A stretch of DNA of 63,830 bases, filler included, from Sluysia triapertura (Eukaryota): assembly GCA_046118255.1 (NCBI GenBank). It is 5 parts of 5 records of this genome, joined end to end, with 100 filler letters (N's around TTAATTAATTAA, not from the genome) between each part and the next. Parts side by side here need not be neighbours in the genome. Positions count along the whole stretch, not along the records: positions 27,825 to 41,830 come from JBJNIA010010430.1; positions 41,931 to 53,130 come from JBJNIA010187435.1; 3 more parts are not named here. The stretch is one strand, 5' to 3'. Shown here in pieces: positions 39,167 to 52,972 of the stretch. The notes beneath the pieces were generated by a model. The model did no database searches, was not told the DNA's origin, and saw only the letters and a list, made by a program, of their open reading frames with translations. Both the position numbers and the translations under genes were made by a program. Positions within the stretch are counted from its first letter, which is position 1, and each line of letters starts with the position of its first letter.

Positions 39167-41718
39167 ATACAAAATTTTGCAGGTTGTAAAGCTTTATCTA
39201 CGTTACAAAAAAGTGAATTATTTAGTAAATTAAAGGCAAATTAACTTTAGAAGAATTTTACAAAAGCAGGACTAGAAAATTAGCAATCCAGAAAAGTGTT
39301 ACGATAGTGACCAAGAATGTGGCATGCCAAATGGATTACAACATGTACAATGTGTATCAAATTGAGTGTACTTGGTTGTTATACTATTAATGAGTTAAGG
39401 TAAATAAATAAATAATTAAATAAACTTCATTAAAAGATTAAATATTGCATATGATACACTTTTCTATCAAACGTTTCTATGTATAGTGATGAAAAGCTTA
39501 GAAACGAATATATTCATACCGGTAAATGGATTCTTGATTCATGTCACGATATTAATTATTGGATGGATCGCAAAATAATTTTAAATCTAAATTCAAACCA
39601 ATCAATTGAAGAAAATGTAATAAATCAAATGAATATTGAAATTGAAAATAAATTCTAAATTTTGTTTAAATAATACAATTTTTTAATTCCATTTTGAAAA
39701 TTGTAATTTTGTTAAAAATAAAATTATGAAAAATTTATGAATTATCTGTATAAGGTTAATTATAGTATAAACTGAGTTTAAAAAAGAATTTTTTACAGTT
39801 CATCAATGTCGAGTAATAAAAGAATTGGGCAAATTTATGATGATGATGATGATTAACACGATATATTCTGTGTAGATGTGTGTCGCTAATATTCAAACGT
39901 AAAATTTAAATTGAAATTTTAATATTCATCTATAGGAACTTGACACTATCCTTGAAACAACGAATACAGTTCGTATACATAGTTTTAAGTATACCATTTA
40001 AACTACGTAAGCTCAATCTGAGCATGTTTAATAAATTATAAGAACCTGTCACTATTTATGGAAAAGTAAAATTGGTTCATAAAAAGAAAATCTGCATGGA
40101 AACTGGGCATGCTATACAAGTTATTTATGCATAAGTTATCATTGTTTTTTTGTAGCCCCCAGTTCGCGGGATTTCCTATGTTTTACATGTTTTGTACTTG
40201 TTTCAAAACTAAATTGTTACTAATTTCCTCTGTTTCTGATTGTAATTTAATAAATCTTAGTTCATATTATATTAGTTGTGACTTTAATTTTAAATTGAAA
40301 ATTACTTCAGGTACCTTAAGTACCTTTTCATCAGATTTTCTAATTCAAATAATAGGTTGATCTATTAAAATATTAGTTATCAAGTTGAAAAGTAAAGTAA
40401 AAAATAAAAATTAAAGTATAAAAAACATTTAAATGTTCACTAAATTCAAATTTTGACTATTTATTCTTAAATATTCACCAAAATCATCGACATTAGAATT
40501 TAATTCAGGACATATTTCATCTATCTCCACAAATTCATCGTACTGGCTTTCCTTTCCGTCATGAAATTAATATTTACAGTTATGCTTAATAAAATGATTA
40601 AAACGTTTATTATTTATCTATTAACATGGTGTTACAAATACCACCATGGGTAAATAATTAGTAAATTATTTTTAAAATGTTTCCAGCACAACTTAAAAAT
40701 GAGTTTTCTAAAAAAATTAATATAACTGGTAGCTAAAAATTAGGAAAAATGAAAAAAATAATTAAATACAAAAAAACAAATATATAATAATGACATCATG
40801 ATACTTTAAAAGCGAAAATTATTAATTTAATAAAAATTGTTAAAGATAATATTTAGACAAAAAGTATTTTAAAAATGTGAATTCATAGCAAAACTAATAA
40901 CATTTTACAATAAAATTAAATAAAATATGGTGAAATCAAGTTTTATTTTCGATATATTTAATTATTTAGCACTTATATTAAAATATTGTTAATATTGTTT
41001 GATGATTTGAAATATTGTCTATTAATTAATCATTATTTTAAATAATAATAATTATTTATTATTATTTTTGTAAATTTATAAAATTATAATGTAAAATTTA
41101 AATTACTTCTTCTCACTTAATTTTTTTATTATATGTATTAATTAAAATAATTAATTATCAATTAATTATGTTTTTTTTATTTTAATATTTTTAATTTAAA
41201 AATTACAATATTTATTTGTAAACACTTAATATTTTATTTCATTAAATTTCAGAAAAAAACAAAAGCCGTTTTAGAAAATTCATATTTATCTTAAAATTAT
41301 GTATTTAATCCCGAATTTATTTAATAAATTTAAATTATATTAGGAAATAAGGGCAATATTTTATTCTAATACGAAAAAAACTTACTTATAATTATGTTTA
41401 AATATATTAAAGTTATCACAAACAATTACTTAAAGTAATAGTTACGGCTAGAGGACTATGATTTTAATACAATGGATTTAATTACTGATGTATAAATCGT
41501 TTAAACTTTCTAAGGGTCTTTTTATCGTATAATTTGAATATGACAAGATTTAATAAGTTACTTCCAATTTGAAACTGGTTATATAATTTTTTATTTTTGA
41601 ATTATAATTAAAATTTATGGATCTATATTAAAAAGATCTGAAAAATTTATCGATCTGTATTAAAAGATTGTCAGAATATTCACTTGCACTTAATAAAACG
41701 AATACAGATTGTTTAAGG

Positions 41719-41830
41719 AAGGGGTCTTCAACCTGGGTTCCGCGGAACCCTATGGTTCCCTGGAACGTTGACAGGGGTTCCGCAACTGATTAAGTCAAAA
41801 CACATATAACATAATAACGATGTATACAAC
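41719..41830 (+). mobile_element. hAT (Charlie-like) element terminus cut by the contig end
   Basis: (A)AGGGGTCTTCAACCTGGG resembles a CAGGGGT..CAAC hAT TIR. It contains the perfect 16-bp palindrome GGGTTCCGCGGAACCC (41735-41750) and repeated GGTTCC. Confidence 0.6.
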
Positions 41831-41930
41831 NNNNNNNNNNNNNNNNNNNNNNNNNNNNNNNNNNNNNNNNNNNNTTAATTAATTAANNNNNNNNNNNNNN
41901 NNNNNNNNNNNNNNNNNNNNNNNNNNNNNN
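41831..41930. other. Artificial contig-joining spacer
   Basis: Same 100-nt structure. Confidence 0.97.
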
Positions 41931-42156
41931 GTCGTAGTCAAACTGTCGCATCACGAAATGTGTTTTGATAACGACAACATAATATTAAATCTTATTAATT
42001 TAAAATTCAATTTATCTATACCCTCCATATTGCCAGTAGAAATAAAAATAAATAATGAAGTGTTACTAATAGCACTTTAAGAATAAGTAAAAATTAATTT
42101 ATTTATGCCTGTTATTATATAAATAACAGAAAAACATTAAAATTAATAAGTAAATT

Positions 42157-42500
42157 CGCCAATAAAAACAAGAATAGAATTCAAAATCATAACAATAATT
42201 TATAAATGCTTACATTATGGAAGTCCTGAATATCTCTTAGAAAAAAATGGAAACCAAGATGAATATTTCCTTGATAGAATCTACAGTAATAATAAGAGCT
42301 AGGTGATAGGTTGTATATCGTTTGTCTCAAAAATATACAATCAGAGAATGTCAAATTATTGGAAGATTATGAAATATTTAAGAAAAGACAAAGTTCTTTC
42401 TGTTTCAAAAATATTATAGTGAATGATTTATTATAAACGCTTTTAAGTACTTACTTTGCAGTAGATAAGAGCGCAATATAAATTAAAATATATTATTATA
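42157..42500 (+). mobile_element. L2-type LINE 3' end
   Basis: PIKTRIEFKIITIIYKCLHYGSPEYL...GDR..., followed by the tail AGAGCGCAATATAAAT...TATTATTAT. Homologous to 56740-57205. Confidence 0.75.
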
Positions 42501-43547
42501 TGAGAATGGAGTTTTAAATTCCTTATAAATATTATATTTTTCATTTAGCTTCTTGCATAATTGTGATCATTATTATTTCTAGCTTCACTGTTGCCAACTA
42601 GCAATTAAAAACTAAAATATTAACTTTCAAAGATCAAAATACAATTCTATGTAGGACATTTAAGTTCACGAAAATTTTCAAATCTATTTTTTCAAAGCTT
42701 TCTCGTTTTTAAAACGTAACAAATGAAGTTTGGGTAGAGCATCACAAAAAAATTTGATTTCTTTTGAAACCGATTTGGAAATATTGAATATTTAATGTGC
42801 TTCTCGGAAGCATGACACAATACATTGTAATTTGATTAAGAACCTCTTGAAATTGTTATCACGAAATTATTTGGGCTCTGAAGTGTGGCTGATACATGAT
42901 TGTTTCCATAATACTTAAAGTAATTTTATTGAGTTTTATTAGATCCATTAGAATAGATTTAAAAATTCAACATATCATCTCATTCCTCCTTTACTCTAAG
43001 CATTTTAAATAGATTTACAAATTATTATTATTACTATTATTAAGACTGCATAAAATTATTCCAAATGTCAAATTTTAGTAGAATTTTGAAATTTAAACAT
43101 CTATTGAACACTTACCTAATTGAGTTTTTTTAGAAAGTTTATTTGAACTACAAATATTCCTTATAAATTTGAAAAGAAATAAAAAATAAATACAGTAAGA
43201 AAATAAATCAATATTTTTTATATCTTATATACCTTGTCTTTCGTCGAAATGTTTCAACAGTCTTGAACTCATTATTAATCTTGTAAATTCTAAACTAATT
43301 TATAATAATGATCTAGTTTTATCGTTCCAAAATATTTCGGTTATTTAAAGTCGATCCCGGTGTGAAACTGAATGGCTAATACGTAACAGTTTTTAATTAA
43401 CTAAAGATTAACTCTAAAATGTTTCGCATATTAACCTCGTCTAATAAAAGTTGCAATTAAGTGATATACTATAATTAACCTATAAATTAAACTATTTTTT
43501 AATTGTTGATTTAAAAAAAATGTCGTGAACAATATTCAAAAACAAAC

Positions 43548-43932
43548 CATTTGTATTGCATACATATTTAATAACATCGTTATCTTTGTATTTTACATTA
43601 TTAAATGTATCAACAAAGCATCCTCCTCGTTTCAATAAATCAGGACAAATATATTTTGGAATTCCTTCTTCGTGGCGGAGAATATCTTCAGGGCTATGAA
43701 TTGTGTAACCAAATCGTAATGTTCCATTCCATTCAGAAACAATCTTTTTGACTTCAATAACAAGCATCTCGTTTCTTTTAATTGGGCGACTGCCAAAAAA
43801 TAAAGCATCACAATAACCAGTTGTACGAGTCGCACATGTATTTTCTTCACTTATGCACAAATTGTTACCGTGAATACTATGGATTCGCATAGGCTCTGTC
43901 TTACTTAAATCATGAATTGCAATAGTTCCCAT
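43548..43932 (-). CDS. Neuralized-homology-repeat (NHR) protein, first exon; downstream exons unresolved or decayed
   Basis: MGTIAIH...HSIHGNNLCIS...ATRTTGYCDALFFGSRPI...WNGTLRFGYTIHSP...PKYICPDL matches the NHR motifs (H-G-N, F-S-RP, W-G-LRFG-T, PKY-CPDL). N-terminal MG as in neuralized. Probable donor G|GTTTGT at 43547. Confidence 0.8.
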
Positions 43933-44764
43933 TATAAAATTAAATAATTTAAACAATTAATTTTAAAATTATATAAACAAAATAAAATCTTATATTAAAT
44001 ATAAATAGTAAAAAAATAAAAATTGTACTTGGTTTTATTAATAACTTAATAATAATTTTGAGTTTTATATGGACAAAAAGTCAAAGTTTGAATACATTTA
44101 AACAAAAAAAGCAATTTATTAATAGAAATAATAATAAAATAATTCATTTACCTGCCTAAAAAGCTTGCTGTTATAATAATCTTATGAAGAAGTATACTAA
44201 TTCATAAAATGCCTTAAATATTAAAATTGAGCATTTCGACATATTTTCTGCTTATAATAATTAAAATTATATCTATCTCTGCTGCAATACTGTTAATAAA
44301 CTTCACAGTTATTTTGAAAAATATTTTTTAAAACTTCTATTAAGCAAAAAACAAATAAAATAAATAAATTTAACACAAATACAATTGCTGGATGGTGGAA
44401 TTTCCGATATTAAAATGTAACTAATTAATATTAAAATATAAATTATTAAGATTAGTTATGCTGACTATGAAATTAAAATATTGTGAGGTTGATTTGTGTT
44501 AAAAGATTTAATTTAATTTATTGTGAGTCCTCTATGATACTGGACTTATTCACTTAAGAGCCAGCACATAGATTTTGCAGTTTTGATAAAAGATAAATTC
44601 TGGAGGTTTTTTGTTTATAATTCTTTATTAATTCTGTCAGTTAACTAGCTTGCTTTATTATTGAACTTACTTAACGAGTAACTTATTATATTTTAATAAA
44701 CTGAAGTAGTAAACTCTTATAAAGATTGTTTAAGATTTTAGAAAGAAATACACTTATTAATTAA

Positions 44765-44927
44765 TGTCGAACCCATATTTTACGTCACCCATATTCAAAT
44801 CGAGATTCATAATAGTATTTGAATTTATGCCGCTTCTACCTCTAAATGCCATTTATTTATTTCTTAAATACCTTTTATTTTTTTAAAATGACGTAAAATA
44901 TGGGTGACGTAAAATATGGGTTCGACA
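44765..44927. mobile_element. 163-bp MITE with 31-bp perfect TIRs, TGT...ACA ends and a 5-bp ATTAA TSD
   Basis: TGTCGAACCCATATTTTACGTCACCCATATT ... AATATGGGTGACGTAAAATATGGGTTCGACA. ATTAA lies at 44760-64 and 44928-32. Confidence 0.85.
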
Positions 44928-47289
44928 ATTAATAACAAACACCAAATATTATATTTAGAATAAACTAATTATACAACAATTCAAATAAAAATATAAACTG
45001 TAAACTATGTTAATAAATATGAGAAAACGATATATACGTGATGTAGAAAAATTAACCTCAATATAAAATTATTAATTCACTTACAATTCTACTATAAAAA
45101 TTATAAATTTTTAATGCTCGTTTTTATAGTTTAGATTTTAATACGTCGAATACAACAAGAAGAATTTAATAATATTAATCGTATCAATTAATATTCGATG
45201 AATTTTTATGTCGTGTGAAAATCACTAAAATTTATTTAGCAATATTGAATTTATTTTGAGTTTAGTCGAACTTTATATAATGTAATATACTATAATATGA
45301 CAGATATTTATTAATATTAATTTACTCAATTAATATTTAGTATTTTTATTTTTAACAATCAATTTATATTGTAAATAAAATGTACTAATTAATTTAATCA
45401 GTAATTACGTGGAATTTATATTAATTTAAAATTAGTTCTTACAAAATAATATACTAACGATTATAATCAAACAAAATATTCGTCCTTCTAAAAGTAAAAT
45501 ATTAATCCTTCCAACTGTAAAATTATTCGTTTTTTCCAAATGTAATTGTAAAAATATTCTTTCTTCCAAATGTAATTAAATTCAAAAATAGATTTTATAA
45601 GTAACTCACAAAAATTTTGTAAAATTTAGTTATGAAATTTCTATATGTGTATGTAACTTTATATGCACATATTCTGTTTACTAACACTTATTCTATTTTA
45701 AACAATTTATAATTTTAAACGCTTTAACAATTTATAATTTTAAACAACTTTAATTTTATAAGTAATTTTTTTTAAATAATTTTTTTATTTTATAATAATA
45801 ATTTATTTTATTAATTTATAATTATTTTATTAATTTTAATATTATTTTGTAATATATTATTTTATAATAATTTATATATTTAATAATTTAAATAATTTCA
45901 AAAAAACATATAAATTTGCTTTTCAATTATAATTATAACTTTTCCGGTCAAAAATTCAAAACAATTGAAGTTCATGGATTAAAACAACCATAAATTCAAC
46001 GAAGACGAAATACATCGAAACAACGTAGTTCTATTGTTTTTCTAAATAATATTTAGTGTACCATTTGAAATTAAGAAACAAAACCTTTACTAAATGTCAA
46101 AAAGTCAAAAGCCTTTTCGCCACATGACAATCTGTTCTCCAAGCTGCTTTGCCGGTTTTAAATTTTTACCATCTAGTCAAATATTTATGTCAGATTTTGT
46201 ACAGGTTCGAGTTTCATTAATGAAGTTAATTTCATACGATACTTCTTAAATTTCATTGCGATATTACAAATTTTTTACTTTATGTAATTTTTAACATAAA
46301 TCAAATGTTAAAATAATTCATTTAAGAATTTAATAATTGTTCTTTTTGCCAGATTAATTTTTTAAACAAACTATAATTAGATATTGATTTTTTTAGTTAT
46401 TTTAAAATCGATCTTTATGTATTTGTAAGTTATATATAATTATACTCGATCAAATGAACTAATATAAGTTTGATTATTTTTTTAATTAAAAATATATTAT
46501 AATTTAAAGTTTGAATATCTAAAAATAGGTAGTATTGATAATAAATACAATCCATTAAAGGTTGCTTATCATGATAAAATATTTATGTAGCATCAATTTG
46601 ACGGAAATATAATCATTTTTAGTAAACTAAGTAGAAATAATGCATAAAAATATAACCTTTGAATACTTATTAATTTAATTTGTTATTATAAACAGCTTTT
46701 AATTAATAAATTATGGTTTTTTAATCTGGTTATCCTTCCAAAATTAATATTTTAATTGGAAAATGATTAGATTTTTTTGTTTGAAGTATTATATTAGATA
46801 AGATACAGAGTAGAGATAATTTTAATCGTCTTCACTCTTAAATTCAAAGCTGAAAAAAATCGAAATAAGATTTGACCACAATTATATTCTTAGTATCACA
46901 GTTAATACAATTCATTAATTATCACAATAAAAGTAAAATATCCCTAATGTCATATGTTGCAAACCAATAATCATCAAATAACAATTATTAATCAAGAGTG
47001 ACGTAACCAAAGCTGTTTCATTATAACCGATCATTAAATCATAACCAATTTAAAACAAATTTATGACTAACTGTTGAATTTAAATAAAAATTATAAATTT
47101 AGCATTATTAAATATTAATTTTTTTAATTTGAAATAAATATTATTAAAAATAAAAAATTAAATATTTTTGTAAATATAAATGTTAAAAAATGTAGATGAT
47201 GCAAAATTTGTAATTTGTTTCTTTATTAATCTTTTGTACTTAATTTAAATACATGATCTATAACTTATTTCTATTATTTATTTATTTTA

Positions 47290-47294
<5 letters not shown>

Positions 47295-47352
<58 letters not shown>
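47295..47352. repeat. (TTA)n microsatellite
   Basis: About 19 units. Confidence 0.95.
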
Positions 47353-47354
<2 letters not shown>

Positions 47355-49415
47355 AATTAACCTTGAAATATATAACACTTTATTTCCTAAATTCACATTT
47401 GATAAATTTAACTAACTTAATAAATTTTTTCTTTTTATATCTTACAATATTAATAACAATAATAATATTTAATAATTCAAACTTCTGAAGAGGACTTTCT
47501 GTTAGCGAATCGTATATATTGTAAGCAGTTGAATTATTTAACGTATAACGAATGGCAGTGACTGCAAGTTATACAATACGATAAATAGTAAACATGTGTT
47601 AATAGTAGAAATTCAACGCAATATTTACGAAGGATGTGTTCGATAAAAATTCAAATAAATAAGTTATAATTTAAGTACATTTGATTTATTATTTTTAAAT
47701 ATTATTTCTGTTGGAGATCTCAAAAGATTCACTTTTTATATGTAAAATTATCGAAACTCTATAAAAACTTAGTTAATTTTTTTGAAACTTTGAAGCATCG
47801 AGATTATCTTTTGAAAATATATGTCAAGTTATAAATTAGTATAAATGTTGAATTCTTGAATATCGTCAAATAATAAAAAATATTTTTAAATGATTAAAAT
47901 TACATTAAAACTAGTTGCTCTATTGGAATAGACAGAAGTTAACAAAGATATTAATTACAGCCTCAGATCCAACCCAAATAGATCAATTAACTGTCCAATG
48001 TATATTTATTTAAGATGTTAAAATTTTAGTAAACTCAGCAGACAAAATATTACATAATTGCATTAATAATCTGAATCAGAAGAAATATTAACTTCAATTT
48101 TTTTATCATCTTATTTTTATTACTTTTGATTTAGTTATCGTACTTATTTGAAGCAATTCGAATCTGATTTAGTAATAAGGATCAAGTAACTATATTGGAA
48201 TTTTTCTTTAGTCGTTAAAGTCGATGTAATTTCGATTAGAGCAATCTGGATCCAATCCGGTAATAATTTCTTCAATGAAAAAATATATGATAACAAATAA
48301 TTCAATTTCTAAATATAAGTCACAGTATTTTCACATTTTTTACAATGACTGTGATATATTGTGTTATATTGTACATAGTGTTTTTCAAATTATTTTAAAT
48401 TATAGCCAATTTATTTTCTATAGTTAATCTTATTCTTAATTTTCTATGTTCAATTCTACTATGGGGCGAATTTAATTTCTAGTTATTTGTATACATATAT
48501 ATTTCTATATATTTTATTTTACATTATAACTCTGGTCATGTTTATTTATTTTCATCGGCCTTGTTAGTTTGTGTTAGCTATTTCTATTTCAATAACATCT
48601 TTTGATTTTTCAGTTTTACAGTATTTCGTTTGATTAGTCGCTTTTCTTCTTGCTGATTAACTGTGATAAGTCTTTATCATGTTCTCTTCATCCTGTTTTT
48701 TGTTTTATTCTAATTTGTTCTATTTAAATCATATAATAAAGTATAATTTTTTTATTATACATTTGTTTTTTACAACTTAATTTTTAGATAACTGTTTCAA
48801 ATAATTTAGGAACAATGGCATTGTAAAATTAAAAATTCATACTCTATGTCTTTGAAACTAACCGTCAATCAAATTCGTTCTTAGTTTTCACGTCAAATGA
48901 GAAGTGTACTAATAATTCGTCAGAAATCACTGTAATAATAGTTGGCATGATTATAATCTTAAAATTGAAAAAATAAGGTTGGATTATCATAAAGTTATTA
49001 TTTTCAGTTGGTAGAATATTTCATCACATTATCTAGGCATATTTTACTGTAATCGATGAAAGAATTTGCGAAAGAAAGAGGCATTTCGACAATTATGAAT
49101 TTAATGGTTTATAATTTAAGATTTGTTAACATTTTTTTATTAAAACATGTTTAGTGTAGCTATCATGTTAATTTTCAAGAGGCACTTAATAAAATTTATA
49201 TACAATGAAAAACTAAAAATAATATTCGAAAATACGAATTAATAAAATATAAAATAAATTTTTTGTGTTTTCACCTTTGAATATATAAATACTTTGTAAT
49301 TTTCGAGAAGTAAGAATTGTGTGATTTGGTATTTTATGTCATTTTTGTATATTTTTTACTTAATATTTATATCGTTAGATTTTGAAGTTATCGTCTACAT
49401 GTATTACAGGATTAA

Positions 49416-49813
49416 CCTTTTCGGTACACATTTGTACCATCTACTGAATCGTATTTAAATTAATAAGCGCCGTAATTCTATCCTTTCCCGCAATGCTAGT
49501 GTATTTACTTTCTCCTTAAGCACCTTGTAATTATTCTGAGGTTATTACACATTTAATTGCAATTCCAAGGTTTTTTTGCATAATCATATTTCTAATCAAT
49601 ATGTAACAGAGCAGGTAATATGTTACATGATATAATTTATAACATGTGCAATACTAAGGAAATATAAAACATAATATATCTTTACATTTATTTGTTGTAT
49701 CTTTAGCATCAATTCTATGAAAAAGATGCTGATTGTTTGTTTTAGTTTAAAATAACATTATTTATCTAAATTTAAACTGATTACCGTGATATTTGAATAC
49801 CGTCCCAAAAGGG
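49416..49813. mobile_element. piggyBac-like non-autonomous element
   Basis: TTAA-CCTTTTCGGTAC ... GTCCCAAAAGGG-TTAA: TTAA TSD with CC(C)TTT-type TIRs. Confidence 0.6.
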
Positions 49814-51149
49814 TTAAGTATTCAAAAGAATCATTTATTAAAATTTTAATGATCTTTTTCTTATTTTTAATTTTTAAGATCACTCTATCAAAAAAAAGTG
49901 AAATCGCATTTTTTTGTTAAGCTTGAAAGTTAAATTTAAATTTTTATACTTGATTTATATTCAACGTGTGTTTACTTGTAAATATTTACGTTGTATCAAT
50001 TAGACTAGCTTAAATGTTTGTTAGTTATAATTAGTTTTTTTTCATTTCGAGTTTAGACCTACATGTCTTTAATGGAAGTGCTATAATACCATGAAGATGC
50101 CTGACAAATTAATTTACAATTATCTCTTTCAAATTAAATGAGTAAATGAATAATATAACAATGTAAATTTAATGTTGAATTTATTATGTTAAACAGAAGT
50201 TGATAATTTATCAAAAATTTTATTTGATGTTGAGTTTAGTTATTTTTCAAATTGATTTTGTAATTTATATTAAAGTTTATAATTTAGAAAATCCTTACCA
50301 ATTTCTCGAACTATTTTAATTGTTCTAATATATTTATATTCTCTTTAGTAACGAAATTTACTCAAAATATGTGTCAGACTATTACGAAATGTAAAATGTT
50401 AGTTTAAGTAATAAAATATCTGTTTAAGGATTAAGTCAATTGTAAGAATTAAATTAAAGCCAAATATTATTTTTCATTTAAATAATAGAATAAATATTAA
50501 AAATTTTAATTAAATTTAAATTTAGATTTCACCAAGCTGTATCTTTACTTAATTCGATTTTAATAAAATTATTAAAATTTTTGCCGAACATTATCTAATG
50601 TATTAAAATATTAATACGGCTTATTTATTATAGTAGTATTTCTACATCTTGTGAGACATTTCTGTACTTTATACATCACTGAAAACAGCATGCGTGAGTA
50701 ACAAAGCTAATCCTGAAACCTAGGTAAAGTGAATTGTCTCGGACATATACAATATTTTCATTATGAATCCTGTATTTCATAATTATTTCACTTTTTATTG
50801 ATGTAAGATCATTTTTTTCGGAATGTCTTTCTTTCATTGGACTAAATAATGGTCCATTCTTTTAAGTTTCTCATGTCATTAAGTTTTTTCATTCTTTATT
50901 TTATTGAATATGATGGCTTGTTATATTATTGTAAGGAAATAGTAATCAGTTAAAAAAAGTTTAATTGGTTAAGTGGTTAATAATTTGTTGCGGAATTAAA
51001 TAAAATTCTTTTATAATGTACCATAAAATTAAAAATGTATGTTGCTGTAATGTATAAAAATCATAGAAAAATTAATCGTATTGTTGGGATAAAAAGGCCT
51101 AAGGTGTCATGTGGTTAAATTGACTATGATAATCTAAAATTGTTAGACG

Positions 51150-51220
51150 GGGCTGATAGCTTAGTGGTAGAGCATCGACTGCTCAGATGATGGTCGCGGG
51201 TTCGATCCTCGGTCAGTCCA
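51150..51220 (+). tRNA. tRNA-like gene with a defective anticodon arm (pseudo-tRNA or SINE head; anticodon possibly GCT)
   Basis: Acceptor stem GGGCTGA/TCAGTCC plus discriminator A, D arm GCTT-AGTGGTA-GAGC, T loop TTCGATC, intact A and B boxes, and a TTTT terminator at 51221-24. The anticodon stem does not pair canonically. Confidence 0.7.
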
Positions 51221-51973
51221 TTTTACGAAGTCTAACAATATTAACTGAAACAACCTTATATTATAGAAAAATATTTGCTGACATATTGGTTGTTATGAAT
51301 ATAAGTTTGTTTATCGATTTGGAATTTATAAATGTTATAGAGTTTTACGAATATTAGATTGCAAATTTTTTTATTATTATAAGTTAATAAATAAATTAAA
51401 TTTAACTTGTTATATTGACACAATTTGTTAAAAACAAAATAATAAAGATCACGAAAAAACATTAATTTATTTAATAATTATATTTGATGATATAAAATCT
51501 TCTACGTCCTTATGGCACTGATCGAAACTTGTAAATGTCACCAGGTCAGCAATTCAAAGATTCCTTAAAAATGATTAAGATCATTTGCAAGTAAATAAGA
51601 AAATTTAAACTTTACTTCGAATATTAAATTGTTTACAAGTGTAGTCGGTGGAATATGGTATTTATTTTGATTCTTGACGATTGAAAGGTTCGTGCTAGTT
51701 TGTTCGAAATTCACTGTTTGCATGAGGAACTCTAATCGAGCCATGTGTTGATTATAAATGAACTTTCCAATTTTATCATGGTTAATTTCTTTAATGTCGT
51801 GGTAGAATCTGCAGCTTGGACCAAATTTTAAGCATACACCTAGATAATCGGTTTGGGAGAGACATTGTGCTGAACGGAAATGTGATTACGGGAAGTGATA
51901 CTTGAATCAGATTCATTCTTTTGGTTTTTTTAATGATAACATCGAATTGCGGTTGAAAGATTTGAATTCTTTT

Positions 51974-52670
51974 TTACATTATATTTAATTTTTTAAATCG
52001 TTGGCCAATGACTTCAGTGAGAATTTCTAATTCGAATGCATTATGTGTTAACTTAGATAATGGGATACTTATATAGTTGTCTATCATTTCATGGTATGGA
52101 TCAATGAGATTAATGTTTCTGACGAAAACGTTTTGAATATCGTAAATTGGTTCTATTTGACCTTGGATGCTTAATGGTCTATATAATTGCCTAACATGTG
52201 AAATACTATTTGTTATAATTAAAGGATTTATATATAACACGAACGTCATTGATTGTAGTCGTCTGAAATCTAAATTTTGTTCATGAAATTCTAAAGGTTT
52301 CTTTGTTAGTGAAGACAAGACACTTAGAATTTTGTTTATAGTTTTGTCAGAAACATTTTGATAAAAGGTACTATTATGATTGATCATAAAAATAATTTCA
52401 ATTTGTTTTGTATGAATACTGCGATCTGGATTCAAAATAAAATCGTTTTCAGCTTGATTACGAGTCTCTTTAAAATAACTCCATAACATAATAAATAATT
52501 TCGATATATATTCAAAATTGAATTTATTGTAGCAAATGTTTATACATATTCGAGCAGAATTTACTGCTATTGTTGAAGTCAAGAAAATAATTTAAATTGA
52601 TATTGCTTAAAGACGATGATGACTTTATTTGATTATTATTTTCAATTATTTTTACTAAAATTGATTCCAT
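51974..52670 (-). pseudogene. Unidentified coding-like region (about 200 open codons; frameshift near the ATG at 52670 and stops downstream)
   Basis: A long ORF in very AT-rich DNA. The upstream ATG is in another frame. No family recognised. Confidence 0.35.
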
Positions 52671-52779
52671 CGTGTTGTAGGAAGATTTAGTTTCTTTACA
52701 AATTTTTAATTTCTACGACAAAAATATTTTTTAAATAACTTAAACTTTACTTATTTTTGTTGATTTAAATTTTTTTGCT

Positions 52780-52850
52780 TTTGATTGGGCGTCCTGTTAA
52801 AATGAAAATGAGGATATAGAACAATATGATTGATTGGACGTCCAATCAAT
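52780..52850. promoter_or_regulatory. Cluster of three CCAAT (NF-Y-type) boxes, two forming a perfect 22-bp palindrome
   Basis: ATTGATTGGACGTCCAATCAAT (52829-52850) plus TGATTGGGC near 52782, 110-180 nt upstream of the ATG at 52670. Confidence 0.45.
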
Positions 52851-52903
52851 ATGAGCATTAGTGCAGATAACAAATGCTGATGGTGATGCCGCACACTCAG
52901 CAA

Positions 52904-52972
52904 CTGTCATCAGTCGACAGTTGATACGACATGTTGATTTAATTTAATTGAATTATTGTCGACTGGTGACAG
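52904..52972. repeat. 16-bp inverted repeat (15/16 match); possible MITE remnant
   Basis: CTGTCATCAGTCGACA ... TGTCGACTGGTGACAG. Confidence 0.6.

Noticed and set aside
46080-46260. Possible piggyBac DDE fragment (PAKQLGEQIVMWRKG)
   Set aside because: Too short and lacks the catalytic Asp context.
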